A stretch of DNA of 64,000 nt from Octopus bimaculoides (lineage: Eukaryota), in the NCBI RefSeq assembly GCF_001194135.2, contig NC_068997.1:4826761-4890760 (forward strand), read 5' to 3'. Positions 1 through 12,145 of the stretch are shown piece after piece (within the stretch, counting starts at the first letter, position 1; every line of letters starts with the position of its first letter). The notes below the pieces were generated by a model, which did no database searches, had not been told where the DNA came from, and was given only the letters and a program-made list of their open reading frames with translations. The translations under genes were made by a program, and so were the position numbers.

Positions 1-189
1 CATGCACGCATACACACACATGATGGGTTTCACTCAGTTTCCATCTACCAAATACACTACCAAGTCTTTGGTCAACCTAGAGCTATAGTAGAAGATACTT
101 GCCTAATGTACCACACAATATGACCGTATTTGAAACCATGTAATGGGGAAGCAAACTTCATAACCAGACCTCCATGCCCCTCTCTCTCA

Positions 190-240
<51 letters not shown>

Positions 241-280
241 GTTCATATATTTTTACTTCCATTTTTTCACGCTAGCATGG

Positions 281-325
<45 letters not shown>

Positions 326-339
326 CAAATCACCAAGAT

Positions 340-692
340 GCCTGGTGCCTTGCTGTACTCAAGAAGACCCATACTCCACAAAAGAAGTGTTAAGACTAGT
401 CCCTCTGGTGGTGAAAAGCATTCATGGTGATGCCACATTAAAGTGCCTGTGTGGTACCATGTAAAAGTATCTGTGCAGTGCAGCATAAAAGTACCTATAC
501 AGTGCCACATAAAAACACTTGTGTGGCACTATGTAAAAACACTCAGCACATTCTGTAAAGTGGTTAGCATTATGGAGGGCCTCTAGCCATAAAAACTATG
601 CCAAATCAGACTGGAGTCTGGTGCAGCTTGCTAGCTCTGGTCAAACCGTCCAACCCATGCCAGCATGGACAACGGGTATTAAATGATGATGG
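340..692 (+). mobile_element. RTE-related SINE/LINE 3' end with internal GTGCCAC-AAAA repeats and (GAT)n tail
   Basis: Ends ...ccaacccatgccagcatgg...attaaatgatgatg. Homologous to other copies in the window (2449, 28870-29100, 46406, 48081, 53915). Confidence 0.65.
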
Positions 693-859
693 TATATATT
701 ATAGATATATATATATATATATATATTAAAGACATGCAACTGTAATGATTTTTTAGACAACTGACAAGGAATAGGCATGTCCATGTCTTGCGTGTGAATT
801 TTCTGGTCATTCCTTCGTCTTGCTCCTGTTAAATTTTTGAAACTTATATTTATCAGGTG

Positions 860-1060
860 CAGGTATAGCTGTATGGTTATTAAGTCCACTTCACAATCAT
901 GTGGTTTGGGGTTCAGTTCTATTGCGTTGCACCTTGGGCATGTGTCTTCTACTATGACCATGGGTTAACCAATGTCTTACAAGTGAATTTGATGAACAAA
1001 AACTGTAAGAATCCCATTGACTTCACCCTTGCACATTCATTGCAAACAAATGATACTGTT
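860..1060 (+). mobile_element. tRNA-derived SINE family with internal (TA)/(TG) microsatellite (representative copy)
   Basis: ggtgcagg..gctgtatggt..aag..cacatgg..ggttcagtcccact..gcaccttgggcaag..cttctactatagcc motif. Recurs at ~1-170(-), 2290-2915, 10460-10640(-), 15150-15375(-), 16270-16890, 17690-17790(-), 20330-20590(-), 21545-21720, 24880-25240(-), 39440-39570(-), 58215-58590, 60150-60570(-), 60800-61720. Confidence 0.75.
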
Positions 1061-2009
1061 TGTATGTTTGCAATCTGTCCCCAAAACATGTCCAGCCATT
1101 GAGTTGTTTATTGATTGTGGGACTGGTAGCAATGACAACAGCAACTGGGTCATTATTGATGTTGTTGTTTACCCCACTCACTCCAGGAAAGTGGGCAAGT
1201 TTCTGCAGTTTCTAGCTGACCAAGTGCCTACCTAAAGATGTTGTATCTCACTGCTGCTGTTGTTTGTGTGTTTTACTGAAATGCAGAAACTAAACCATTT
1301 TCAGGTTTTCCTCAGCTCAAAGTTGTGTTTCTACCAAGACCCACTGTTGTCGCCAAAGGAACATTCAGTATCAACAATCAGTTATGGTTCCACTAAAAAC
1401 AAATCTATTCTCCAACAACTTTCTCTCTCTCAACATAAAGTACTTTTTTTCAATGCTTCACTGAAATTTTATCAAATTACCATTCAAAGAATCACTTTTT
1501 GAACTTTATTTCGCTTTATATCTCATGGTGGCAGTGCTTTCAAATCAACTTGGTGTGTGTGTGTGTGTGTGTGTGCGTGTGCGTGTGTGTGTGTATGTGT
1601 GTGTGTGCATATGTATATATGTGTGTGTGTATTGATATATGTGTGTGTGTGTTGTGTGCTTGTAATTGTGTATGTAACCTGTGTGTGTATTCATGCATGT
1701 GTGTACTCTATCTGTATATTTGTGTGTATGTGTTTGTGTAATGTATGTGGGTGTATGATAGAATTATACTTCCAAGGTTTGCCAAGAACTATGTTTCAAC
1801 ATCGTAGTTTGTATATATATATATTTGTGTGTCTATGTGTTTAGGTGTGTGTATATAAAAGAATTGTTTTCTCCAAGACCAAACTAAAATTCTAAACAAT
1901 TGCAAACCATTTCTCACCAACCTGCCATTCTTCCCACATTGAAACATTATAGTGAATCTGTCTCCTTTCTTAGTTTGTTAAAAGCCATGTTCAAATTCTT
2001 GTTCAGTAT

Positions 2010-2072
2010 GATCTGTTCACTCCATCATTCAGTGGGATCTGTTCACTCCATCATTCAGTGGGATCTGTTCAC
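2010..2072. repeat. 26-bp tandem repeat, 2.4 copies
   Basis: gatctgttcactccatcattcagtgg occurs at 2010 and 2036, with a partial copy at 2062. Confidence 0.85.
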
Positions 2073-2686
2073 TTAATGCTTTCTCATTCAACATGATCAG
2101 TTTGCACTACTCAATGTGATGTGTTTGCTTAGTTAAATCTCTATTGTTCAGCATGTTCCTTGTCCTGTTCACTTTGAACACTGTTGTTTAATGCTTTGGT
2201 TCAACAACAGCATTAACAAAAACATTGTGATATGTTAACTTTGTCAACAATGCAAGTTCTGGTCATTCTTATATACCTTTTTTTTCCTTTTTCCCCAACC
2301 ACATGGTTCCATGTTTAGTCCCACTGTGTAGCATCTTAAGCAAGTATCTTCTACTATAGCCTCCAAAGCCTTGTGAGTGGATCTGATTGACATAAACTGA
2401 AAGAAGCCTGTCATAATATATATANNNNNNNNNNTATATATATATATATCATCATCATCATCATCGTTTAACGTCCGCTTTCCATGCTAGCATGGGTTGG
2501 ACGATTTGACTGAGGACTGGTGAAACCGGATGGCAACACCAGGCTCCAGTCCGATTTGGCAGAGTTTCTACAGCTGGATGCCCTATGTATATGTCACCAA
2601 GACTTTCTCCTGATATGATAGTGATTAACCAGTGAAATTTTTGGATTATTTAATCCCTAATGAGGACATGACATTCTCAGATTGAC

Positions 2687-2723
<37 letters not shown>

Positions 2724-3239
2724 CTCTGTGTGTGTCTCTTTGTGTCTGTGTTTGTCCCTCACCAGCCCTTGGCAACTGGTGTTGGTGTGTTTATATCCCT
2801 GTAACTTAGTGGTTCAGAAAAAGAGAAAAAAAGTCCTGGGTTGATTTGTTCAACTAAAACCTTTCAAGTCGGTGCCCCAGCATGGCTACAGTCAAATGAC
2901 TGAAACAAGTAAAAGAAGATTTACGTTGTCTAACTCTGTCAGTGCTGATCCACCTGTCCTTTCTTCAGAGATATTCCAGCTATGTCCACCTTGCCTATTT
3001 TTTGATACAATGTACCTAGGACCATATTACATAATGTGTCATTTACAAAAAAGTGATGTTTGATTTGAGGGCAATTTGGGTGTTATTTCTAGTTAATGCA
3101 TGCTGCCACATAATCTGTCATTGGCTTGTGTGTATGTGTATGTGTTATATCAGTGATGTGTGTGTACTTGACGCATCTGTGCTGTGTCTCAGGCATGCAT
3201 ATAGACAAGCACATACACGCACTTTTTCTACCTGTTAAA

Positions 3240-3700
3240 ACAGTGTTTATCATTGTCATCAACACCAACACTATTATCTCTGCCTTCATTATCATTCTGA
3301 TCGACATTGTCATCTTGTCATTGTTGGTTATCTCAATTGACATGAGAGTCATCGATGTTATCGCAAACCATTGTCATCATTCTCATCATCATTCACAGCA
3401 AAAATCATTATCATCAACTTCATAGTCACCATCATCACTCTTATCATCATCTTCATTCCACTGTCATCACCACCACCACTGACTCCACTATTACCATTGT
3501 CATGACTTCACCATCACCATTACCAACATCACCCCCATCGCTATCATCACTACTACCATCACCATCACCACCACCCCTATCACCCACCATCACCACCACC
3601 CCTATCACCCACCATCACCACCACCCCTATCACCCACCATCACCCACCATCACCATTATCATTATCACCAGCTTCATGCTGCTTGTTATTCCATAACAAA
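3240..3700. repeat. Degenerate (CAT)n/(CAC)n low-complexity tract
   Basis: Dense atc/cac triplets, including repeats of cctatcacccaccatcaccaccacc. Confidence 0.85.
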
Positions 3701-5341
3701 TTTGTTACAACTTCCTGTTGTGTTAATTCTTCGTTACATTAGTACAATTAAATATCTTCAGTGTTTTTTCTCCTACTACAAAACTATTTTGGCACAAAAT
3801 TCTTCATGCTATTGAATGCACCACCACCATCAACACCATCCTGTCACTACTTTTTCCCCACCCACCTCCAGAGCTAGTTAGCGCTGTCTGACAGCAATTT
3901 GGAAGTAATGTCTTATCAGTGATATATCACAGCTTACTGAGGCTGGGGTTGGGTAACTGCTTGTTGCTCTACCCCCTGGGATATTTAACAATCTTAACCC
4001 CCACTTCCAACAACTTAACGATGCAGAAATAACATTATAAGGTGGTGGATGAAATTATTACACAACATGAAAATGTGTTTAATGACATAAATAATTAAAA
4101 TCATATACTTAATGACATGAATGGCTTTAAATACATCCCATCATTTTATTTTTATTATTTTACTTATAAATAATGTTATATCTTCCAGTTTGCCTTTTCC
4201 CTAAAACAGGCACACACACACACACACACACACACACGTGTGTGTGCATCAACTGAATAGAGAGCATTGTACATCTTAATTCACCTTGATTGAGTGTAAT
4301 TCATGAAAGAGCTTAATTTACAAACAATTATAAATATTTTTGGTGGTGTGACATATAAGTCTCTGGTAGTAAAAATATTGCAAGAAAAAAAACAATATAT
4401 CATGTTAAATCAAATATGCATAAACTGCCTAATATATATCGCATACTTAGTGACTTAAAAGTTACTTTTTGAACCTGGAGTTGTATAGCATTTGTCATCT
4501 TATCAGGATTACTTCATTAATTTTGATATGGGATAAGCTGTCGGATACATTGATTAAAAAATTTTATTAATCAAGAATTTTTTCTTTTAATTCTATACAA
4601 GCCAATATATATGCTAACTAGCCATAGACCATGATCAACTGGATCTCGTGTGTGTGTGTGTATACACACACATGCATATACACATTTATACATATATGTG
4701 TATATGTATATGCACACACACACACACACACACGTTTACTGTCCGTTTTCCATGCTGGTATGGATTAGATGGTCTGACAGGTTCCAGCAAGCCGCAGGAT
4801 ATACTGAGCTCCAATGTCAGCTTGGGTTTTGTACCCGGTACACACTGTGAGTAAGGTTGGCATTAGGAAGGATACTCAACCATTGAAAAAAAAAACATTT
4901 TTCTGACATCACAATTTAAATATATACTTTAACCATGTAACACAAGCCTTCTGTAGTTTTTTCACTCTTGTTTATCTTGTTTATCTGTTAAAGTCTGTTA
5001 TACCGGCCATGATGAAATACCACAAGGTATAGAAAATACATATTCGCCTTTATATATTTATATATTTAATCCTTTATATTGAACACTCAATATTTCATCT
5101 ATTCAATAAGACATATTCCATATATTCAATAAGACATTCAATACTTTATTTCATAGTACCATCCATTTTTATTTTATATTATATATTGTATATTCCATAT
5201 TCTATATCCCACATTGGTTTTGCAGGAATATAAATAAAACATAAAAAACAGACAGTGTTGGAACTCTTTTAAACAAAATAATATATTCCTCTATACACAA
5301 TCATACAAAAAACCCCTTTTTTTGTATTTATTTTTACTCGC

Positions 5342-5374
<33 letters not shown>

Positions 5375-5984
5375 TATATATATCAGCATCATTTAAATGA
5401 CCATGTACCATGCTGACATGGGTTGCATGGTTTGACAAGATCCAGTGGTGCAAGGACTGCATCATGCTTCAGTGTCTGTTTTGGCATAGTTTTACAAGGG
5501 TAATTGGGTGGTGCTGGAAAGAGATGAAATGTATGTGTGTGTAGATAGATGCATAGATACTAGTGCATGACCTGTTGTTTTATGCCTGGATTAAGTAATA
5601 CTTTACTTCATTGAAATATAGGTATATATGCAAAAAAAATTAAGTAAATAAAGGTAAAAGTATATTGAAATGATTTTGACCTATTAAAAAAGAAACATTT
5701 AATAGGTCAAAATGCATAAAGCTCATTGGCATTTTCTGATGTATTTTCTCTCTAAAGAGTGAATTTAGTCTGTGGAGCAGTTGAGATATATAAAAATGTA
5801 AGAAAATAATCATTCAACTGTTTTTGTTTGTTTTTTTAATGGTTGAATGGAGGAAACTGAGGTGGACAGTGCTTGTGGGTTGTGTAGGTTAATTGTGTAT
5901 TGGGTGAGAGCTAGAAGTAAAAACAGTGATAGACAGATAAACAGATCAATCGGGTGATAAAAACAGTGATAGATATTAAGGTTG

Positions 5985-6620
5985 AATGTCTGGAAACAAT
6001 GCCTTGCAGTATTTCTTCTGGCTTTTTACATTCTTAGTTCAAATCCCACCAAGGCTGACTTTGCTTTTCATCCTTTTGAGGTTGATAAAATAATGTACTG
6101 ATCAAATACATGGGTCAGTGGTGTTGGCTAAACCTTGTGCCTGTATCATAAACCATTATTGAGATGGCAAACTGGCTGAATTGTTAGAGTGATGAAGAAA
6201 AATGCTCAGTGATATTTTTTCTGACTCATTACATTCTGAGTTCAAATTCTGCACTGGTCAACTTTGCTTTCATCTCTCAATGATATAAAGTACAAATCAA
6301 ATACTGGGGCTGTCCTCTCCTCCTAAAAATTGCTAGTCCTGTGCCAAAATTTTAAACAGTTCTTCTGATATCATCATCATCATCAAGGTATGAAGCTGGA
6401 AGAATCGTTAGAGTATGAGAAAATAGTGCCTGGTGGTATTTCTTTTGGTTCTTCACATTCAGAGTTCAAATCCCAGTGAGGTCAGCTTTGCCTTTCATCC
6501 TTTTGGAGCTGATAAAGTAAAGTACCAGTCACATACTGGGGTCAGTGATATCAACTAGACCCCTATCCTGAAAACTGCTGGCTTTACACCTAAATCGGAA
6601 AGTGTCATCATCATCATCAT
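5985..6620 (+). mobile_element. Three head-to-tail tRNA/core SINE monomers
   Basis: Three B-box-like (g)agttcaaat(c/t)c motifs, each followed by ctttgc.tttcatc core and a microsatellite tail. Confidence 0.75.
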
Positions 6621-6863
6621 TGCACCACAACATCACTGCACCACCCCCACCACTATATCAGCATTATGTCACTCCATCACCCTCCTCCCTCTCCATCACC
6701 ATAACTACCACACCACTTAAGAAACATAGATTCCTTAGAAATACACCAACATGGTGAGTGGCACCAACCATTCCTGTAGAACATTATGTTATCTTGTGTG
6801 ATTGTTGGGATTCTCTCAGCAACGAAATGTGAAGAGATAAGAGAGGCTGTATATCACTGTATA

Positions 6864-6902
<39 letters not shown>

Positions 6903-7094
6903 CATACACGCATACATACACACACACATACATACACACACTACTCTGATATATATGCTCTTTGTATTTTTATGCTACCACTTACATTTTTTTTTCTTTT
7001 TGTGCAGATTTGTCTTGCTTTGATTTTCTTCTACCATCCCCTCCGCCCTTCCACTACACATAACTTTAATTTATTATTATTATTATTATTATTA

Positions 7095-7321
7095 TTAACC
7101 TTTTGATACCAACCTACCTGAGATCATCCCTGCTTTTATGATACAAACTTCCTGTTTTAAAGTCATTTAAATTAAAACCTTCCATCAAAATTTCATGGTA
7201 ATTTATGTTCCAAACCCCTGCTTAATAGTGACAGTTATTTCACTAAAATTCTTCAGTTTTCAAAATCAATTAAAACAGAGGCAGTTTTATTTCAATAAAA
7301 ATATTGTGACAAAAGGATTAA
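7095..7321. mobile_element. piggyBac-like MITE with TTAA ends
   Basis: TTAAccttttgata... at the left and ...tgacaaaaggaTTAA at the right (imperfect terminal inverted repeats, TTAA on both sides). Confidence 0.5.
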
Positions 7322-7326
7322 GAGAG

Positions 7327-7545
7327 AAAGCTGGCAGAATGGTTAGCACACCAGACAAAATGGTTAGCAGCATTTTTTCTGTCTTAACATTCTGAGTTCA
7401 AATGCTATTGAGGTCAACTTTACATTTCATCCTTTCAGAGTCAGTAAAATAAAGTATCTGTCAAGTACTGGGGTCAATATAACTGTCTGGCTTCCTCCTG
7501 TCAAAAGTTGCTGGCCTTGTGCCAAAATTTGTAATGATTATTATA
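7327..7545 (+). mobile_element. tRNA/core SINE monomer with (ATT)n tail
   Basis: gctggcagaatggttagcac...ctgagttcaaat...tttcatcctttc...gccttgtgccaaaattt..gattattat. Confidence 0.8.
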
Positions 7546-7803
7546 GATTTCACAGTATACAATATTGTGATGTTGATTGAAGATATTGTGTGTACTGGGG
7601 ATTTGTGCTGTTAAACAGACATCACTTTATGTTGTATGCATGCAATTCCAAGTGAAGTCAATTTTCACAATATACCAAGATTGTAAGGTATTTCTAAAGT
7701 GTTCAGATGTTTCTGTGGGTTGGGTGGTTTTCGACCTAATGCTCCAATGACAACAGGAACAACCTTCAAGTTTGACTCTCACTGCTGTCACATCTTGACA
7801 ATC
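7546..7803 (-). mobile_element. Short 3' fragment of an R4/Dong-like LINE
   Basis: Minus-strand translation NLKVVPVVIGALG is the C-terminal RLE motif. It is followed by a 3' UTR and a TAA-like tail. Confidence 0.65.
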
Positions 7804-7806
7804 TCA

Positions 7807-9350
7807 ATTATTATTATTATCATTTTCCCTTTATCACAGGTTTTGTTGGAGCTCCTGGAATCTCGCCTGCATAGTAGGCTTGCTACCTGCAGCCTACAGC
7901 ACCATGCTATTCGTTCTTTTCAGTTATCTGATACTTTCCTGATTATTCTGGCCATGCCAAAGAGGCAAATCTTTTGTAGCAGTTCTACTGGGTACTCTTT
8001 TCCAATTTCCTTTATATTCCTCTTGATGCCTTCTGATACTGATCCCAAGGACCCAACAATAATTGGCACTATCTTCACCTTCATTTTCCATAGCCGGGCT
8101 ATTTCATACTTAAGAAGGTTGTATTTATCTATCTTTTTGCCTTCCTTCTTGACTATTCGTCTGTCAAAGGGACATGCAACATCAGCTATATAGCACATGT
8201 GGTGCACCTTGTCCACCACCACTAGGTCCGGTCTGTTATGCCCTAGCACCTGATCTGTTTGGATTGGGAAATCCCAGAGGATTTTGCTAGTCTCCAACTC
8301 CATCACTCTCTGCAGTTTGTGCTCTTACTACCTCTTGCCTCTCTCTAACCCCCCCCCCACTTTTCGCACAGTTTCCAATGTAGCACTTTCACTACCGGGT
8401 CATGTCGCCACAACTTGTGGTTTGGGGCAAGTCTAGGTCATTCGTTCGTGATATGGGTAATGGTCCATCCACTCTCTTGCAAATGCAGGACAGCAGACAC
8501 ACTTTCTCTTTCCTAAGGTTGACCTTCCAGTTCATCCCCAAAGCTTGATCTTGCACTGCCAGTATAGTGTTCTCGGTCTCTTTTTTTTAGGGTTCCTTTC
8601 ATCAGCCAATCCCACCTATTTTCTCCTGCAACTTCTGTTGTGGCTACATGGAATTGATTGTGTAGTCCCTTCTTGCGTAATTCTTCTTCATGTCCTTTTT
8701 GTACTTCTTCCTTTGTTTTCCCTTTTTTATCTGCTCTCAATATTCCCTTGTTCCTAACTGTCACTAGCAAGGTTTCTTTACTTTGGGCTAGATATCTCAT
8801 TAAGCTCTCGAGTTTGATACACCCACAGTCCTCCACATTTATCAGTCCCCTTCCTCCATTTATTCTCTTCATGTAGAGGCAATCAGTGTCTGCATGTGGA
8901 TGATGGGCTCCATGCATCGTTAGGAGCTTTCTTGACTTCCTGTCCATCTCCTTTAGCTCCTCCTCTGTCCACTTCGGGATTCCCGCGCCATGCTGAACTA
9001 CTGTGACTGCATGTGAGTTTATTGCTGAAATTATGTTTCTGACATTCAGCTTTGAAGCCAATATTTTTCTCACTCACCTCAGGTGCTTACTCTTTGTCTT
9101 TTTCTTCATGTCATTGTGCTTGATGCCATCTGCCTCAAGTATTCCCAGGTTGAATTGTCTTCATCATTTCACCACTTGACAACCATATGCCTTCTGTCCT
9201 GGCAAGCTTTCCTCGTCTCATCACCATCGTAGCACATTTTGAGAGTCCAAACTCCATCTTAATATCATTGGAGATAATCCGCACAGACTGGACTAGGCTG
9301 TCCAGTTCTGCCTCAATTTTTGCTGGGGGGAATCCAGAGTTAATCCTTGT
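7807..9350 (-). mobile_element. 5'-truncated, degenerate R4/Dong-clade non-LTR retrotransposon (RT end, thumb, CCHC region, RLE endonuclease)
   Basis: DIKMEFGLSKCA (RT), MDRKSRKLLTMHGAHHP..LYMKRINGGRGL (thumb), RHD, ILWDFPIQTD..NRPDLVVVDK..DVACP..KIDKY (PD-(D/E)xK RLE), plus a (TAA)n tail at 7808-7820. Multiple frameshifts and stops. Confidence 0.88.
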
Positions 9351-10819
9351 CGCCAGAATTTTAACAAAAAAAAAATCAAAGATGATTAATTAATACAAAG
9401 CTCAATATCCATTAAATAATCATACTTTTTCCCCTTTTTTTTGCTAAAATTCTTCCTGATTACCATTGGTCCAGCCATTTGACCGTGAAAAGGAAACAGG
9501 CAGAGAGACGGACAGACAGACAGACGTAAAGCTCCTTATTGTAAGATTATTGTTAATTAATTAAAACAGTTTGATTCACCATTTCAAGGCTTGTCACAGG
9601 AACCTTAAGTTACAGGGAGCCAAATCAAGCTGTTTTAAATAATAATATATGTAACTGCTACTTAATGTTTTGAGTGCCTCTTTCTTTTGTTTGTCCATTC
9701 ACTCATTCATGTGTGTGTGTGTAACAGAATTAACAAATGAAAATATCTCTAATATTCAAATCAGCCTCTGTGATTTAGTTATAAATGTAGTAACTGTAAT
9801 TTTAAATAAAATTTAACAGCAGCAGTGAATGTAAAGATTTTTGGTTGCTGATGAAGGTCAATAAACCAGAAACAGTGGCATCCAGCCAATCCCTCTTGTA
9901 CTGTCCAAAGTGGGGCTTCTATAACAAACATGGCATGTTTATGACTGATTCATATACCTGATATATTTAATGCATTTATCTTATTAACTAACAAATGCAG
10001 AGATGATTCTGATTTTTGAGTATGCACCATACTAAACTTTTGGATGAAAAATAAACACTGCTTGTACATCAATATTTCATATATAGAGAGAACAGCTTTT
10101 CTTTTATTCATTAAATACATGCCTTTTTTTATCGTTCATATTTTATATTATTGCTTTTTTCTTATTAGTTTTTTTTTTTACAGGTAGTTTTTGGAACAAT
10201 AAAGTTCAGTTTCCAGACATTCACAGTCTCATTTTCAAGAATTGAATGGATTTGACATTTACATTGTTTTTCATCTGCAGATTGAATTCATAAAGGCTTA
10301 TCCACCAAAATAACTGTAAAAAAATAAAAAGAACATGAAAATTTTAATATAAAAAGAATTAAACTTGACTACAATCATGTATTTAGTGAATTTAGTAGAT
10401 GGAGACTGTTATGAAACCTATCATATGTCTGTATAATGTTTACATCCAGTACATTTTCACTTGGGAAAAATGATGTAAAAACAAATTATTGATATATGGT
10501 GGGCCTCCACTAAGTTTCCATTTACCCAATTCCCCTGACCAGAAAATGGTCAACCTGGTGCTTTACTATTGAAGATACTCTTTAAAGTATTGTTACATAA
10601 TGGGATCAAACATGGGACATGATTTCACAGCAAATTTCTTAATGACAAGGTTCTGATTGTTTGTGCTAATATCCAGTTCTCCATTCATCCTAGTAGAATG
10701 GATGTTATGGATACTAAGGAACTTACTGGGATCATCTAATTTGACTGTACACCTCCCCAACCTTTAACAAAATGTGTGATCTGGTATTATTATACAACAA
10801 ACTAATAGAGAAACCTTTA

Positions 10820-11000
10820 CATGGTTATGTGACTTACTAGAAATAGCAGCCAAATCTCCATCATGTCACACTCTAGTCTTTACAAAAGAAGGCTGGAGCA
10901 TATTTAATTAGATATCTGCTAAAGGGCTCACCTAATGCTAAACACTAACTGTGGAAAGGAAAATCACATCAGATAATGTAGTCCTAGATGCACTCTGAGT
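10820..11000 (+). mobile_element. SINE-like repeat family marked by gacctgctagaaatagcagccaaatctcc (representative copy)
   Basis: The same motif recurs at ~11550, 18255, 33360(-), 35430(-), 37990(-) and 46845. Confidence 0.6.
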
Positions 11001-11130
11001 AAAAGAGATGCACACAGAATACCTTTTAATTGTAAATCTATCCTTTCAGAGCAGGGACTAAACCAGAACAAATTTTTAGAATATTTCATTCATTTGTTTA
11101 ATTTTAATTTTTTTTTTTTTTTTTTTTCAG

Positions 11131-11289
11131 AGCCCCTACTACTACTCCGTCCACACCTGATAAAGATGAAGGAATATGTATGATCTCAGCATCTCCCAGC
11201 AGCCCAGAGGAAGTGAAACAAGCAGTTCCCTGCTCAGTTTCCGTCGTTGGGTCAATGCCACAGAATGAGCATCTTATTGCTAAGCCTTG
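11131..11289 (+). CDS. GRAMD2: GRAMD2-like gene, first identified coding exon (APTTTPSTPDKDEGICMISASPSSPEEVKQ...HLIAKP)
   Basis: Long T-tract + CAG acceptor and GTAACC donor. The 159 nt are open in phase 2-2 and join the next exon in frame. The upstream exon and start codon were not found; an in-frame ATG lies at ~11180. Confidence 0.75.
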
Positions 11290-12105
11290 GTAACCTAGCT
11301 TTTCAACTAATGTTTGTTTGATTGTGGTAATCTTAATGTACTTTTCAAATTGCCATAATACTGTTTACCATAATATCAACATACTTCTGCAGCTAATGTC
11401 TCTATGTTCACTGTTGGCCTATTGTATCACTTCAATTAATTCTGTCTGTTTGTCATACTCCTAACATACTTCTTCGATTATTGCCTGTATGTTTGCCATA
11501 ACCCTATTGTACCACAACCCAACTAATGAGCCATTATATGGCTGTTTGACCTGCCAGAAATAGCAGCTAAGTCACCTTTGAATGGTACCCTACTATATTA
11601 AAATGACATTTTGTATAATCCACATCATTTTATGTCCTTTTTCCATGCTATCCTGGGTTGAACAAATCATTCTAATCCACATCACTTCTTATATGGAGTT
11701 ACTGCCTTTCTAGAAAGACTGGAGTACTACATCTTGGTCCTACACACCATTAGCAACATAGTTTGTATGCTTGGGTACCTTTCCTGACACCATCCATTGT
11801 ACAGAGTATACTGAGTACATTTCTTTCATGGCACCAGCACTAGAAAGGTTGTCATGTTCTCAACAAGACCACAGGAGCCTCTTTACTCTTTGTTTACCAC
11901 TCCTACTCCACCTATTTTTTGTATTTAGTGTGTGAGTCTGCAGTGCTGATGGGCCAACTATCCACCCTTAATTATCACACTGTTCATCTTCATTGTCATT
12001 AGTATGTTAGCATGCAGGGGTCATGAAGCCACTATCCACCCCTAATTAACACAATGTTCACCTTTCGTTATCTTCCATTTAATTATTCCTTTTTTTCTTT
12101 TTCAG

Positions 12106-12145
12106 TTCAAGTCCTGTTGCAGGCATGAAAAAATATCCAGGCAGG
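12106..12145 (+). CDS. GRAMD2: GRAMD2-like exon (SSPVAGMKKYPGR)
   Basis: Acceptor ttttttctttttcag, donor GG|GTAAGC. The 40 nt (phase 2-0) link 11289 to 17183 in frame. Confidence 0.8.

Noticed and set aside
6721-6760. ATG|GTGAGT at 6751-6759 as first coding exon
   Set aside because: It is phase 0, whereas exon 11131 needs phase 2. Joining to 10184 or 11131 hits early stops.
10184-10380. Strong acceptor at 10184 as a coding exon
   Set aside because: All frames close and no convincing donor was found. It could be 5' UTR but cannot be supported.
11953-12075. ~48-bp diverged duplication before the 12106 acceptor
   Set aside because: Short and old, and the first copy lacks a usable AG or exon.
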